The notes: generated from the sequence alone by a model not told the origin. A stretch of 64,000 bases of DNA from an uncultured Planctomycetota bacterium (GCA_937944855.1 CALFAY010000022.1:14507-78506), one strand, 5' to 3'; positions 19,530-31,744 are shown, numbered from the stretch's first letter. Numbers and translations are program-made.

Positions 19530-19676
19530 AGGGGGAATGGGGAGTGGGGAGTGGGCAGTGGGCAGTGGGGAGTGGGGAGTGGGGAATGGGCAGTGGGGAC
19601 AAGGCTTTCGACTCCCGATTCCCGATTCCCGACTCCCCCGCCTTAACTCCCGACTCCCCACTCCCGACTCCCTCCC
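19530..19676. repeat. Palindromic heptamer element C (GGGGAGT arm / ACAAGGCTT core / CGACTCC arm)
   Basis: About nine GGG(G/C)A(G/A)T units, core acaaggctt, then CGA(C/T)TCC units; in frame. Confidence 0.9.
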
Positions 19677-20370
19677 GCACCAGCACGGGCACGCAGCGGT
19701 AGATGGCCTTGGTCAGTTCGGCATCGCGGCGGGTACGGAAAATCGGACAGGTGCGGGTGTTGGGGTTGACCAAAGCAATGTCCTCGGCAGAGAGTGTGAA
19801 CCGCCGCTCGGGATCGGTCAGTTGTTCGGTGTTGTGCAGGAAGAACGCGAACTCCGCCCCTTGGTTCTGCGGCCGGGCTGGGCCGGTCAGCGTCAGCAGG
19901 CAGAACTTGTAGCTGCGGTGAACGCCGGGGAAAATCGCGTCCCGATTCTCGAAGTCGTAGAGGCTGACGAGGGAGCGTTGGTCCACCAGGTCCTGAAAGA
20001 ACAGCTTGGTGGTGTCGTCGGTGGCGATGCCGGACGGGACGATGCAGCCGACGCGGCCAGTGGGGTTGATGAGCGCGCGGTTGAGTTCAGCAAAGAGCAT
20101 GTAGGTATTGACATCGCCGCGACCGCAGAGGGGATAGCGGCCGGAGTTGCGGACGAAGTGGCTTTCGCCTTCGGCCTGTCGGCGGTCTTCGAGGAACGCC
20201 CGGTACAGGGCCGGGTCTTGTTCGGCCAGTTGGGCGATGAGTTTGCGGCGTTCGGCTGCGTTGCGTGCCTTGGCGATGTCTGGTCGGCGCTGGGCGAACC
20301 ATTCCTGTTCCTGGAGCTTGATGCGTTCCCACGGCGGATTGCCCAGCACAAAGTCGAAGCCGCCGGTACA

Positions 20371-20467
20371 GTGGGGGGAGTGGGGGGTGGGGAGTGGGGA
20401 ATGGGGAGCGGGGAGTGGGCACAAGGCTTCCGACTCCCGCCTCCCGATTCCCGACTCCTCCGCCTTC
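20371..20467. repeat. Palindromic heptamer element D, homologous to C
   Basis: GGGGAGT-type units, core acaaggctt, CCGACTC-type units and terminal ccgcctt shared with C; in frame just before NPPW. Confidence 0.9.
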
Positions 20468-22727
20468 CACGCTCCTATCACAGGTCGGAAGACGTCAGGG
20501 AAGGCCAGGTGCCAGTGGAAGAACTGGTACTGCTGGGCGAGTCGGCGGATTTCGTCGTACATCCAGGGGGCGACGTCGTGGGGATGGCGTTCGACGCGGC
20601 GGAAGAGGTCTTCCGTGACGGCGTCATCGAACTGTCTGGTTTTTTTCCAGACGAAAGCGGCACACCAGAGGTCCGCGAGGAAGCGGCCGGAGGAGCGGTA
20701 GCTCGTTTCGGAGACCAGCTCGGCGTAGCGTTGCTCCTTGGAGCGGATGTGAGCTAGGCTGTCGCTGGGCAGCGCGTCGAGTTCGGCCATGGCGGCGGCG
20801 AGATTGCCGAGTTGTTCCCAGGGGAAGCGGAGCTGGCCCTGCTCGTGATCCGACCGCTCCTTTTTGTTCCGCTTCTTCAGGGCGGTGCACAGCGTCTTGT
20901 CGTCTCCTTCAAGGGGTTGGAAAGCTTCGTCGGGAATGCCCTGGGCGAGCAGGGCCGGGGTCGCGCCGAGGAGGCTGTTGCCGCACTGGATGTGGTGGTC
21001 GAGGAAGGAAAGGGGCTTGCCGGGGACGAGGGCTTCCATCCAGAGGGCGACCTTGCAGAGTTCGACGGCCATGGGGTTGAGATCCACGCCGTACAGGCAG
21101 CGTCCGATGATGTCGCGGAGGGCGTGGCGAAGGCGGCGGGTGAGGGTTCGTCCTCGCCGGTGCGGATGGAGGCGAGGCGTTTGGCCATGCGATGAGCGGC
21201 GGCGATGAGGAAATGGCCGCTGCCGCACGCCGGGTCGCAGACCTCGAGGGCGAGGATCGCGGCCTCGGCGTCGGGCTTTCGGGCAGCTTCGTCCAGCACC
21301 GGGTCGAGGGCGGAGTCGAGCAGGCAGTTGATGAGGCTGGCGGGGCTGAAGTAGCTGCCGGTGGTTTTGCGTTCGTGTCCGCTGGCGGTGTGCAGGGTGA
21401 AGGTGCCAGCTTCGCTGTTGAGGACAGGATGCAGCTCCAGGAGTGACTCATAGACGCTGCCCAGTTCTTCAGAGCCGAGGTTGCGATAGTCCACGGTGCG
21501 CAGCACGTCGCCATCGCTGGTCAAGGCCAGGGCGCGGATGGCTTCGAGCAGGTCGGCATTGGCAAGCTGGCAGCCGTGCAGGTCGGGGATGGCGTTCGGA
21601 GAGAGCAAGAAGCTGCCCAGGGCCGGCAGTCCGAGTTCGGGACAGCCGCCGTTGCCCAGCCGGTCCATGATCAACGTGAGCATTTGATACAGGTCAGTAT
21701 GTTGGGTGCCGCGGAGGCGTTCCGCCAGGCGGCGCAGTCGGCTGGTCGAATAGAAGCGCTGGTAGCGTTCTCGGGCGGCCTCGCTGGCCTGGGGATCGAG
21801 GAGGAGTTCGCGGTCTTCGGCGACGAAGAGAAACAGCAGGCGATAGACCAGCCGGAGCAGTTGGCGGTAGTAGTCCTGGGGGTTGAGGCGGCCGGAGCGG
21901 AGGCGGTCGCGGAGGGTCTGGTTGGCAGGACAGGACAGGAAGCCGCTGCCCAGCCGGGCGATGGCCTGCTCGACGCCGGTGCGAAACTGGTCCAGGACGC
22001 GCAAACCTTGCTGCCGAGCGAGCCTGGACCATTGCTCCAGCCAGCATTCTTCAGGTATTTCCGCTTCGACACGCGACTGATGACACAGCCGCCACAGCAG
22101 GGCGAAGTCCGCATAGAGCTGGCCGTCGAACATCGCCTGAAGGTCGAACTCGACATAAGCCTGCCGGGTCAGGCGGATGTTGTCGCGGAGGATGCGGAGC
22201 TTGAGGCCGTTGCTGAGCAAGCCCCACAGGTACTCCTCGGAGCGGTTGAGGAATTCTTGCACGAGGCTGTGCGGGCTGGGACTGCCGGTCGTCCGCTTGT
22301 CGAGGTCAGCGCGGCAGCCGACGAGATGGATGGGGACATGGTGCCAGGCATGGGAGATGGGGTAGGCTTTTCCCCCGATGACGAAAGGGACCTTCAGGGA
22401 TTGCAATCGGCCGTAGCCCAGTTCCTGAAAGAGGGGAAGCAGCCAGCGTTCGCGGGTCACTGTGGTGCCCGATTCGGTCGGGGCGAGTTTGTCCCAGGCG
22501 GCGCGGAAGGAGGCCCAGGCACTCTGAAGCCGGTTCCAGGCGCGGTTGGTGGCTTCGTTGAGCTTTTCGTCCTGGAGCAGGTGGTAGGAGGTCGGGTTCA
22601 GGCCGGGGAGGTCATTATCGCCGGCGGCGATCCGCAGAAGCAGGTCGGCCGGGAGGATGGCCCCTTCGGTGCGGAGCGTGGGAAAGCGGTCAAAGGACGA
22701 TGTCGGCACAGCAGACTCCTGAAATCC

Positions 22728-25541
22728 TCAACCCTTTGGCAAGTGAACAAAGATGCCGAGTACGTCGGGAGGCAGTTGCGGCTCGACGCGGTGGCTGACG
22801 CCCTTGGTGCGGCTGGCGGCGCGGACGCGCCGGTGGGCTTCCAGGAGTTCCTCGCCCCGCTGGCGGGCATGTTGTTCGAGGTGAGGGCGCAACACGTCAA
22901 GACCGTCCAGGACGACTCGCAGGAAATGGGCCGCCTGGTCGGGCGTGACATTGGCTTCGGGTTCGGCCAGAAGCAGCGCCTCGGCCTGGTCGGCGGCCAG
23001 CCATTCCGCGTTCTGTGGCGACCCCGCGAAGGCCAGCAATTGCGAGTCTTCGGCGAGCAACGGGCGCTCCTGCTCGCCGTAGCGGGTAATGATGTGGAAG
23101 CGCAGGCGGAGCAACAACAGCGTGGTGCGCCGTCCGACCTTGCTGGTGCGGATGACGCCGCAACGCCGGGCCACACTTTCCAAGTGTGGATCGAGGGCCG
23201 TGTTCAGGACGTAATTCGCCAGCCGTTCCACCAGGGGGTGTGTTCGTGTCAACAGAAGCTGGCCTGAAGAAACCGGCAGCTCGAACCGAGCCGAGAAACG
23301 GATGGGCGCTCCGAGCGTATCGCGCAAGGAGCGAGGAGCTTCGGAAAGATCAACGCGAATCGGGTCGGTGCCGCTGACGCTTGCCCCGTAGGCAGCAAGC
23401 GCGGTGCGGGTGAATGCGGCCACATCGACGCCGGAACCGACAGCGGCCCGGGCAGCTTCCACCTCCCGGACCACTTCGTCCACCTTGATCGTCTCCTGGG
23501 CGAACATCGTCCGCGAGCGCTTCTCCCGCTCGGCAGAAGCTTCCCAGGTGCGACGCAGTTCGTTCCCTTCCACCTCACTGAGGTACTCTTCAAACAACTG
23601 CGGTTGGACCGCCTTTCGGCCGCGAAGCAACATGCCCTCAAAGACGGCCTGGATGACCTGCTCGCTATCCATCGGCAATGGTACGGAGATCCCCAGCGAA
23701 TTGCGGATGGCGCGGTGCTTGCGGAGCAGGACGTCGAGAACGACGCCGTCGATCTGGTTGTCCGTGCCGTAGTAGGTCAGGGTTCGCACGTTCGGGCTGG
23801 GCTGGCCATAGCGGTCCACGCGGCCCTCGCGCTGTTCATGCCGGGTGGGGTTCCACGAGAGGTCGTAGTGGATGACGGCATTGAAATGTTGCTGAAGATT
23901 GATTCCTTCGCTCAGGCAGTCGGTGCAGACCAGGACACGTTTTTCGGCCTGTGCCAGTTGCGCCACCCGCTCTTCGCGCACGACCGGGGGCAAGTTGCCG
24001 GTGATGGCCACGACTTCGACGCCTTTGAGCCTCTCGCGCAAGGCGGAGGCGACGTATTCGGCAGTGGGGATGAAGCGGCAGAAGAGGATGGGCTGAAAGC
24101 CGTCGCGGATCAGTCCCTCGACGATGGGGATGACTTTCTGGAGTTTGGCATCCTTGCGGCCCTGGAGGGCGTCGGCCTCACGGGCCATTGCCAGGAGACG
24201 AGAGCGGACGGGACCGGCATCGTCGGCATCCTCGCCCGGATCGCTGCCGGGTGCCAGGTCCATCGCCTCGCTGGATTCCTCTTCGACGAGATCGAGCACC
24301 GTGCGGCGGCCGAGGGCGTCGGCCTCCTCGGGCGAATCCGTGTCGGCAGTGGCGGCGCGGGTGCGGAGCGTCGCAGCAGCAGCCGCGGGACTGGAGGCCA
24401 TCGACCGGAGCAAGGCCAAGGCCGACCACCAGCGGACACGCTGCCGCTGGGCCGTGACTGTTGCTGCCGGGTCCGTCACCGTCTCGCGTGCATACTCCAG
24501 GACCTTTTGAAAAAGCTGCTTGTACTCAGGGGAAAGTTTGTAGGTTTCCTCGGCCTCTTCGCGTTCGGGGAAGGGGGTGTCGGCCTGCATGTAGTGGCGA
24601 ATGTCACCACGCCGGCGTTGGACGAAATGGGCTGCCAGCCGACGGCGATGGTGCTGGTTGGCCGGGCCGCTCAAGTCATCCGGCAGGTTGCCGAAGTCCC
24701 GGTCGAGTAGGGTGAGCAGGGCGCGGAAGTTCTCCTCCTTGCCACTGTGGGGCGTGGCCGTCACCAGAATCAGATGTCGGTCCGAGTCGGCAGCCAGACC
24801 TTTCACGAGTTGATACCGTTGGTGTCGGCTGCCCCGGCCGTCCTCAGCCCCAAGGCAAGTGTGCGCCTCATCCACGATGACCAGCTCGGGACAGGCCCGG
24901 AGGAAGTCGTCGCGGCGGCGATCAGACTTGATGAAGTCGGTCGAGACGATGACGTAAGGGTGACGTTCAAAGATCGACTGGCCCAGGCGGCAGGCTCGCT
25001 CCAGCCGCGTGACGGTGCCCGGCAGGACCAATTCGGCGTCGAGGTGGAACTTGCTGCTCAGCTCCGTCTGCCACTGTTCGGCAATCTGTGGCGGACAGAG
25101 GATGGCAAAGCGGTTCACTTCGCCGCGGTCGATCAACTCCCGCACGATCAGGGCGGCCTCGATGGTCTTGCCGATGCCGACGTCGTCAGCGATCAGGATG
25201 CGCACCGGGTCGAGCTTGAGGGCCATGAGCAGTGGAACGAGTTGATACGGTCGCGGCTCGAACGCCAAGTGACCAAAGCAGCGGAACGGCCCGGCACTGG
25301 AGCGAAAGCCCAGGCGCAAGGCATCCCGCAGCAACCGACAAGAGCGGTAGTCGCCGAGTTGGGAGGGATCGGGCAGAGGGAACGAGGCTGCCTCAACACG
25401 TTCCAGGGGCAAGTAAATGCCCGCTGTTTCATCTTCTCCTCCGCCCAGAGGGCGAACGATGATCAGGTCGTCTTTTGATTCGGGCAGGACAACCCAATCG
25501 CGGCCGCGAGCCCGCACTAACGAACCGACAGCAAAACTCAT
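22728..25541 (-). CDS. SNF2-family helicase (DrmD-like)
   Basis: ADDVGIGKT, VDEAH, TATPHSG, SEGINLQ, WNPTRHEQREGRVDR. Start overlaps the upstream stop (ATGA). Confidence 0.92.
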   Translation of the reverse strand: MSFAVGSLVRARGRDWVVLPESKDDLIIVRPLGGGEDETAGIYLPLERVEAASFPLPDPSQLGDYRSCRLLRDALRLGFRSSAGPFRCFGHLAFEPRPYQLVPLLMALKLDPVRILIADDVGIGKTIEAALIVRELIDRGEVNRFAILCPPQIAEQWQTELSSKFHLDAELVLPGTVTRLERACRLGQSIFERHPYVIVSTDFIKSDRRRDDFLRACPELVIVDEAHTCLGAEDGRGSRHQRYQLVKGLAADSDRHLILVTATPHSGKEENFRALLTLLDRDFGNLPDDLSGPANQHHRRRLAAHFVQRRRGDIRHYMQADTPFPEREEAEETYKLSPEYKQLFQKVLEYARETVTDPAATVTAQRQRVRWWSALALLRSMASSPAAAAATLRTRAATADTDSPEEADALGRRTVLDLVEEESSEAMDLAPGSDPGEDADDAGPVRSRLLAMAREADALQGRKDAKLQKVIPIVEGLIRDGFQPILFCRFIPTAEYVASALRERLKGVEVVAITGNLPPVVREERVAQLAQAEKRVLVCTDCLSEGINLQQHFNAVIHYDLSWNPTRHEQREGRVDRYGQPSPNVRTLTYYGTDNQIDGVVLDVLLRKHRAIRNSLGISVPLPMDSEQVIQAVFEGMLLRGRKAVQPQLFEEYLSEVEGNELRRTWEASAEREKRSRTMFAQETIKVDEVVREVEAARAAVGSGVDVAAFTRTALAAYGASVSGTDPIRVDLSEAPRSLRDTLGAPIRFSARFELPVSSGQLLLTRTHPLVERLANYVLNTALDPHLESVARRCGVIRTSKVGRRTTLLLLRLRFHIITRYGEQERPLLAEDSQLLAFAGSPQNAEWLAADQAEALLLAEPEANVTPDQAAHFLRVVLDGLDVLRPHLEQHARQRGEELLEAHRRVRAASRTKGVSHRVEPQLPPDVLGIFVHLPKG

Positions 25542-28500
25542 GTCTTCTTCCCGAAAATGTGGGGGTAACGGGCCAGGATGTTCTCCCAGTCATCCTGATG
25601 GTGGAAGCGGATGACCGTGTAACCAGCGTCTTCCATGCACTCGGTCTTCATCAGGTCGCGTTGTGCTCGTTCGGGGTAGTCGTGGGGAGGTCCATCGATG
25701 TAGATCGCCGCCTGATACTCCTGGTAAAAGAAATCAGGGCGCGTCTGGCATCCTTCGATCCGATGTTGAGCGTGGCTGGGAAGGCGAAGGTTGTGTGCTT
25801 CCAGAAGCCTCAGCCAGCGCCGCTCCAACTCTGAGCCAGCCAAGCCCTCGAGCATGGCGAGGTGTTCGGCGCGGGTCTGGCCGCCCGGGGCGGTTTGCGC
25901 GCGGGCCTGGGCAAGCCGAAGCAGCAGGTCGCGGATTTTCTGGCGATCCAGGCGGCGATGCACCGGTTGGTTGCCGTAGTGCATCAGGCAGTCGTAACAG
26001 GCAGCTTCGCAATCCTCACGGGCCTGCTCTGCACGGCGTCGGTCTTCTCCGGTGTCGGGGTCGAAGTGGCAGATCTCCAAAGCTCGACGGGCGACTTGGG
26101 CGAAGGCATCAGCATCGTCGAGCAGCCGGCGCAGCACACCGGCCCCGCCCTCGGCAGACTCGTACAAGAGCAGGAGACGTGGCCGATCTTCATTGGGCAG
26201 CAGCTCGGTGGCCAGCTCGTTCTCCTCAAGTTGGTACTGGACCTGGATGGCGTTCTTCAAAGCGGCCTGCAAGGAGACCATGCAGTCGAGATCGAGCGGC
26301 CTGACCGGTTCAAAAAGCAGGCAGTTACGGTGGTCCTCGACGTAAGGGATCACCCGCTCCGTGCGAGGCGACAAGGGGTCTTCGAGGTCGTCTTCGTTCT
26401 GCTCATTGCGCGACCAGAAGCCCCGCTCTTTGTCGAGAACGAAGCCGAACTGGAACTTATTGTGGCGACGGGACCAGCCCAAATTGATTCGCCAGAGGGT
26501 GGCGGCCCTGCCGTACGTTAGCGTGGCCAGGAGGTCGGCCCTCTGCATCAGGCGTGCATTGCGCTGAACAGGCATGCCACCTTGTTCGGCCAGGCGGATG
26601 CCGGTGCGGATGTCGTAGCCGAGGCGAAGCCGCTCTTCCTCGTCGCAGTTGATCCTGTCGCGCCGCTTGGTCGCTACGTTTTGCAGGCGGAGGAGCGGTC
26701 GTAACGGCGGCGGCAGCGCGCTGCCGCATCGCTGGCACAAATCCGGGCCAAGACATTCGGGAATCGGATGCAAGTAGCCGCACTGGTCGCACTGCTTGGC
26801 CTGAGTAGTGAGCAGATCCTCGTCCTGCACCGGCAGAATAACTTGGTTAATGATGTATCGTGAGCCTTCATGGTAAACAATCGCTCGCGGACCGAATTCG
26901 GAAATGGCGAGGAAGCGTGGGCGGGACAGGTACTCCTCGCGTTGCCGAGTGCGGCGGGCTGGGATGAAGGCCGACAGCGGCAGACGCGGAAAGCTGTAGC
27001 CCGGCAAAAAGCCCTCGCTGGCGAAGTAGCGGTAGCTGTAGAAGTCGCTCTGGGCGAAGTCTTCGGTTTCTGTCAAAAGCTTGAGCTGTGCCTCGGCTTC
27101 GCGCCGCAGGCGCTCGGCCTGCTGCTTGTCGGCCAGCGGCCGGGAGGCGTCACGGATGATGCGGTCCTGCGCTGTCGCCTGGGTCAAGGCGGAGCGGTAT
27201 AGCCCTCGCCAGCGTTCGCACGCCTGATCGAATTGCCGTACTACTTGGCTGAGCACTTCGTCCAGCCAGCCGGGGGTGTACCAACCGCCCTGGTGCAATT
27301 CCTCTTCGAGGGAGGCCAGCACGCGCTCGGCTCGGGCCTTAGCCCGCCGGCGCGCCTCCGGGGATTCGACAGCACTGCGGACGCTGGGCAACAGCTCGAG
27401 TGTCGGTTCGACACCTCTCAGGTCGAGCAGGTCGCTGAGGGATTTGCCCAGGCTCAGGCCGGTTTCGGCCAGCCATATCGCTTGGACGTGCGCGCGGATC
27501 ATGTCCTCATTGGCGAGGTCCAGGCGCGGAGGCGTAACTGCCCCACAGACCATGCGTTCCGGGCGGCGAAAGAAATACTGATCGTGGGAACTGCCCGTTG
27601 AACAGTAGGAGATCACTAACGCAGGTTGGCCGCTCCGCCCGGCCCGACCGCTGCGCTGAGCGTAGTTGGCGGGCGTCGGCGGAATGTTACGCAGGTTGAC
27701 AACGTTCAGGTCGGAGATGTCAATGCCCAGTTCCATCGTCGGCGAGCAGTACAGGACCGGCAAAAGCCCCTTACGGAAACGGTCCTCCCGATCGAGCCGC
27801 TTCTCGTAGGGAACTTGGGCAGTGTGCTCACGGGCCTCCAGCCCGTGCAGCGAGGCGGCCACGTTCTTGTAGAAATCCACGAAGAACCGGTTTGTCCGAC
27901 TTCCGGTGGAGGGTAATCGTGGCACGCGGATGGGATCGTGGAGGGGACGCGTTCCATCTCCAGCGACCCAGAGCAGGGTCGAGGCGGGGACCTGGTAGCC
28001 AGGCACGTCGTCGTTGCCACGAGCCGGAACGACAGCCTCGACTAGACCGCCGATTTGCAATGCACGCAATAGGTCGCGGATGATCTGCTGCCGGTCGTCC
28101 AGGGTCAAGCGGCCCGGCGTCTTTCGGAAGGTGCTTCTCCGGCCGAGGTATTGGCCGAATCCGCCGCGTGCCGTCAAATAGACGTTGCCGCCGTAGTCAT
28201 CCTTGCCTTGCCGGGGTCGTGGGAAAAGGACGGCGGCGTGTTCCATGTCCGACGATTCGTTCTCGTCGATGGCCCAAGGCTCGATCAGCCGCTGGCTGCT
28301 TTGCTGCAGGAGGTTCTCTTGGTAGGTCGGGTCGAGATAATCGACCTTTATCGCCAGCTCCCGCCGCATGAAGTCGAGAAGGACACGGGCCACACGCTGG
28401 CGGGTCTCGGCACTGGCTTGTTGCAATACTGGGTGACAGTTACTCCAAACGTCTGGGGCCTTGCAGACCTCTTCCAGGGAAAGATAGCGGATTTCCAGCA

Positions 28501-30717
28501 GGCCGCACTGTTCCAGATTCGGTGCGGTGACGCGCCATCCACGCTTGAGGTCACGGTAAAGGCGATAACCAAGGACATTTCGCAAGGCCCGCTGCGTTTC
28601 TGCCAGAGCCTGAAACTTGGCACTGGGGTTGCTAGCGTACATTTCCACCGGCAGCCTGAGCGCCTCGAAGACGCGCTGGGTCAGTTCCTCGTGCCGCAAG
28701 CCAGACTCTCCGGCAGCTCGGACCGCGGCGAACAGCGCGCCGCGCAGCAGGCTTACCTCGACAAAGTCGTTGAAATGTCCCGCTTGGAGCGAGGCGTCCT
28801 GGCGATTGTCGGTGAAGCTGAGCAGCTTATGCGCCTGCGGGTCCAGGTCGCTGGCCTTCAAACCCCGAATGGCCGACAGGCTCAGGATGGTGGTCGCCGT
28901 GCTACGGCCCTCGGAACCGAGGGCAGTCAATTTACCGAAGTCAGACGTCTGCAGAAAGTTATACGCTACGCCACAATTCAGGCAGAAACGGAACGGGGCG
29001 GTGACGAAGTAGCCGTCCCGCCCCTCAGTGCCCTCCACTCCATCCGGCCCGACCCGAACAGGCTGAGGGAGATCCTTCTGGCGGCTCGGCTTCACACGCT
29101 GCTGACCTCGGTGCTCTTCCACCCAGTCATCCGGAAGCCGGTCCAGCAATTGGTCAAGCTGATCGCCCGGCCAGGGATTGTTGCTGCTGAAATACAGGTA
29201 GCCCGCCACGTTGTCGTCGTTTCCAAAGCGGTCTCTCAGCTCGCGCGGCTCATAATGGATGCGTTGCCCTTCGTCTTCCGAAACTTTGCGGACGCAGTAG
29301 TATTCCTGGCCGCACTCCCGGCAGAAGACCAGCGGCAGCAGCACACGCTGCCGATCGCCGGGTACGAACTGCTGACCGTGCAACGTCAGGTAGCGGTCGG
29401 CCTCATTCTCGATGGAGGCGTAGACTGTGTCGCCTCGACTAATGAACTGGTGCAGTCGGAAGGCAAAGAGCGGTGGATTGGTCAGAGGGTCGCGCTTGCA
29501 GCGATAGCTGGCTTGAAGCTGGTCCTGGATGGCTTGAACGCATCGCCCGATGGAAACGCCTGTCAATCGACTGAGGGTGACAGCGGCTCCGTTAGACCCG
29601 CCGATGCTTTTGGGCGATACCCGGACCAGCCGCTCACTCCCCGGCTCCGCCTGAACACCGAAGGTACTTTCGATCCAGATCGACAACGGGTCGTTCACAA
29701 AGTCTTGGTAATCGGCAGGTGGTTGACGGGACGGATCGGCCAACCGCTCGGTCAATGCCGCAACGAACGCTGGGTCACGTTCGTCGCGGGGCGGCGTGGC
29801 CCGGCGCAGCGTTTCGCCGATGACGTGTTCCGGTCGGACGGGCACGCCGAAAAGCTGGCTGGCCACACTGGCAACCTGGGCTTGTTGCTCGGCGAAAGAG
29901 CCGGCGCCTGCCAGCGTCGCGGACGTGCCAATGCATTGCAGGTGCGGGGCGTTCAAGGCGTCGCGCACCCGCCGGATCAGCAGGGCCACGTCCGCCTTTG
30001 TCGTCCCCGGTAGGTGTGAAGCTCGTCCAGCACCAGAAACCGAAGCCCCTGACCGGCACTGACCAGTGGTTGCTCCTGGGGCCGCGTCAGGATCAACTCC
30101 AGCATCACATAGTTGGTCAGCAGAATGTCCGGAGGCTGGGCGAGGATGCGTTCGCGTTCGGCACTGGATTCCTGCCCAGTGTATCGCTAAAAAGTCACCG
30201 GGCCGCGCCCGTCCGGGTAGCCGTGGCAAAGGAACTTGTGTAGCTCACCTCGCTGGCTATTCGCCAAAGCGTTCATCGGATAAACGACGATGGCCTGGAT
30301 TCCTCGGCCGCTACCCATACGCAGGACATAATTGACGATCGGTACCATATAAGCCAAGCTCTTGCCCGAGCCGGTGCCTGTGGTGAGGACGTAAGACTCG
30401 CGGCTCTGGGCGATGCGGATGGCGTCGGCCTGGTGGCGGTGCAAACGAAGAGGGCGGCCCGTGCTCGACGGCTCGGGCTTGATGCGAAAGACCCGACTGC
30501 ACTCGCTGTGGAGGATGCCTTGGGCGACCAGTTCGTCGATGGACGGGCCAGACTCGAAGGACGGATTGAGCTGAATAAGTGGTTCGGGCCATAGAACTTC
30601 GGACTGGAGTTGCTGTTCCACGAAGTGCCGGAGCCGTTCGTCGCTGACTCGAATGAAGCTGCGTATGTAAGCCGCGTAATCCTCGATCACCCGGCAACGG
30701 AGTGCAAAGATATTCAT
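25538..30717 (-). pseudogene. YprA-like DEAD/DEAH helicase with DUF1998 and C-terminal Vsr/DUF559-like nuclease; premature stop and frameshift
   Basis: TGTGSGKS, YPMNALANSQ, DELHTYRG, SPTMELGID, QRSGRAGR, CEAACYDCL, RPDF...IDGPPH. In-frame TAG at 30187-30189 (VTF*RYTGQE); one base missing near 29996 (YRGRQ|ADVALL). Confidence 0.9.
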
Positions 30718-31744
30718 CGCGCCTCTCCCCCATGCCAACAGGTGGCTTTCGACCAACCAGGCAATGATGCCATGAAACCTGGGGCTACTGCTCCGCAGTG
30801 TAGCTTGGTGGGAACGACACCCGTACTTGCTTTTTTGTCCATCCAAATGATATCCGCAAGCTGGGCAGGGAACAGCCAAGGTTCCGAAAGGCAGGAAGGT
30901 AGCAAAATAATGTTGAGCGCCGGACAAAGAAAGTGCCGGCGGATACACCCAAATCTGGAAGGACCTGGGCGCCCAGCTTGGACAAACGAAACGAACGGTT
31001 AGCGGAGGCAGAAGCAAACTTCCGTGCCCGGCTGAATTCCTCAACTCGTGATGATGCCCTCAGCAGCCTTTTTGACGGAGTTTCTTTACCAACCATGGGT
31101 CGGGCGAAACCGGCCGCGAGCAGTTCCTGCCTTCGTTTGATCCCCTGTTTCAGGCCAGCAGAGTTCATTTCCGAACACCGGTACCCTCCTTCACACTAAT
31201 TGGCCTATGTTATGCTGCGAATTGCGGAAACGTTGGAAAAGTAAGAGCCAACAGGCAGAAGCTCGGTGAGTGTGTTATTATCAAGCTGCAATCGCAGTTC
31301 TGCCTTGCAGCTTTAACTTCAGCGATGCAGGAAGCCAGCGGAGTGATTTGCCATCTCGAAATGGGACCATCTTCCTGACTACAAGGCACGAGCTCTCGTG
31401 CGTTCGGCACTGCGCAGAATGAGGAGATCTCAAGGCGGGCCTTTCACCAAGCGTGAGATACGTGAAATCGTACCAGATGTGATGCAGTTGTCAAAAGAGG
31501 AGTGCAATATTTCAACTTGGACGAGGGAGAGGTGCAGACTTCTTCTCTTAAGACTCTTGGTTCGAGGCCTGATTTATGACCCTCGTCTCGAATCGGGTGC
31601 CTCACCCGATTCGGCGACACACGGCGAATCCGATAGTTCGTAGCTTACTGAGAGTTGACAGTGTACCGCGTTATTGGTCCGGACGATCAAGAACGGATTC
31701 ATCGTTAAAGCCATGGGAACCGTGTTCCCCTTCGACGTGACAAT

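Larger units (their letters stand above)
18475..22709 (-). pseudogene. Type IIG/Eco57I-like N6-adenine DNA methyltransferase (DrmMI-like), frameshifted near 21130
   Basis: [42 protein letters not shown]. The two ORFs join with one added base at EPSPAA|FRHALRD. Confidence 0.88.

Noticed and set aside
19530-20467. Repeats read as a CRISPR array or DGR template/variable pair
   Set aside because: No regular repeat-spacer period, no cas or reverse transcriptase gene, and differences between C and D are not adenine-specific.
30187-30189. Programmed TAG read-through or recoding in the helicase
   Set aside because: A frameshift follows about 190 bp later, TAG ends other genes in this window, and no recoding machinery is visible.
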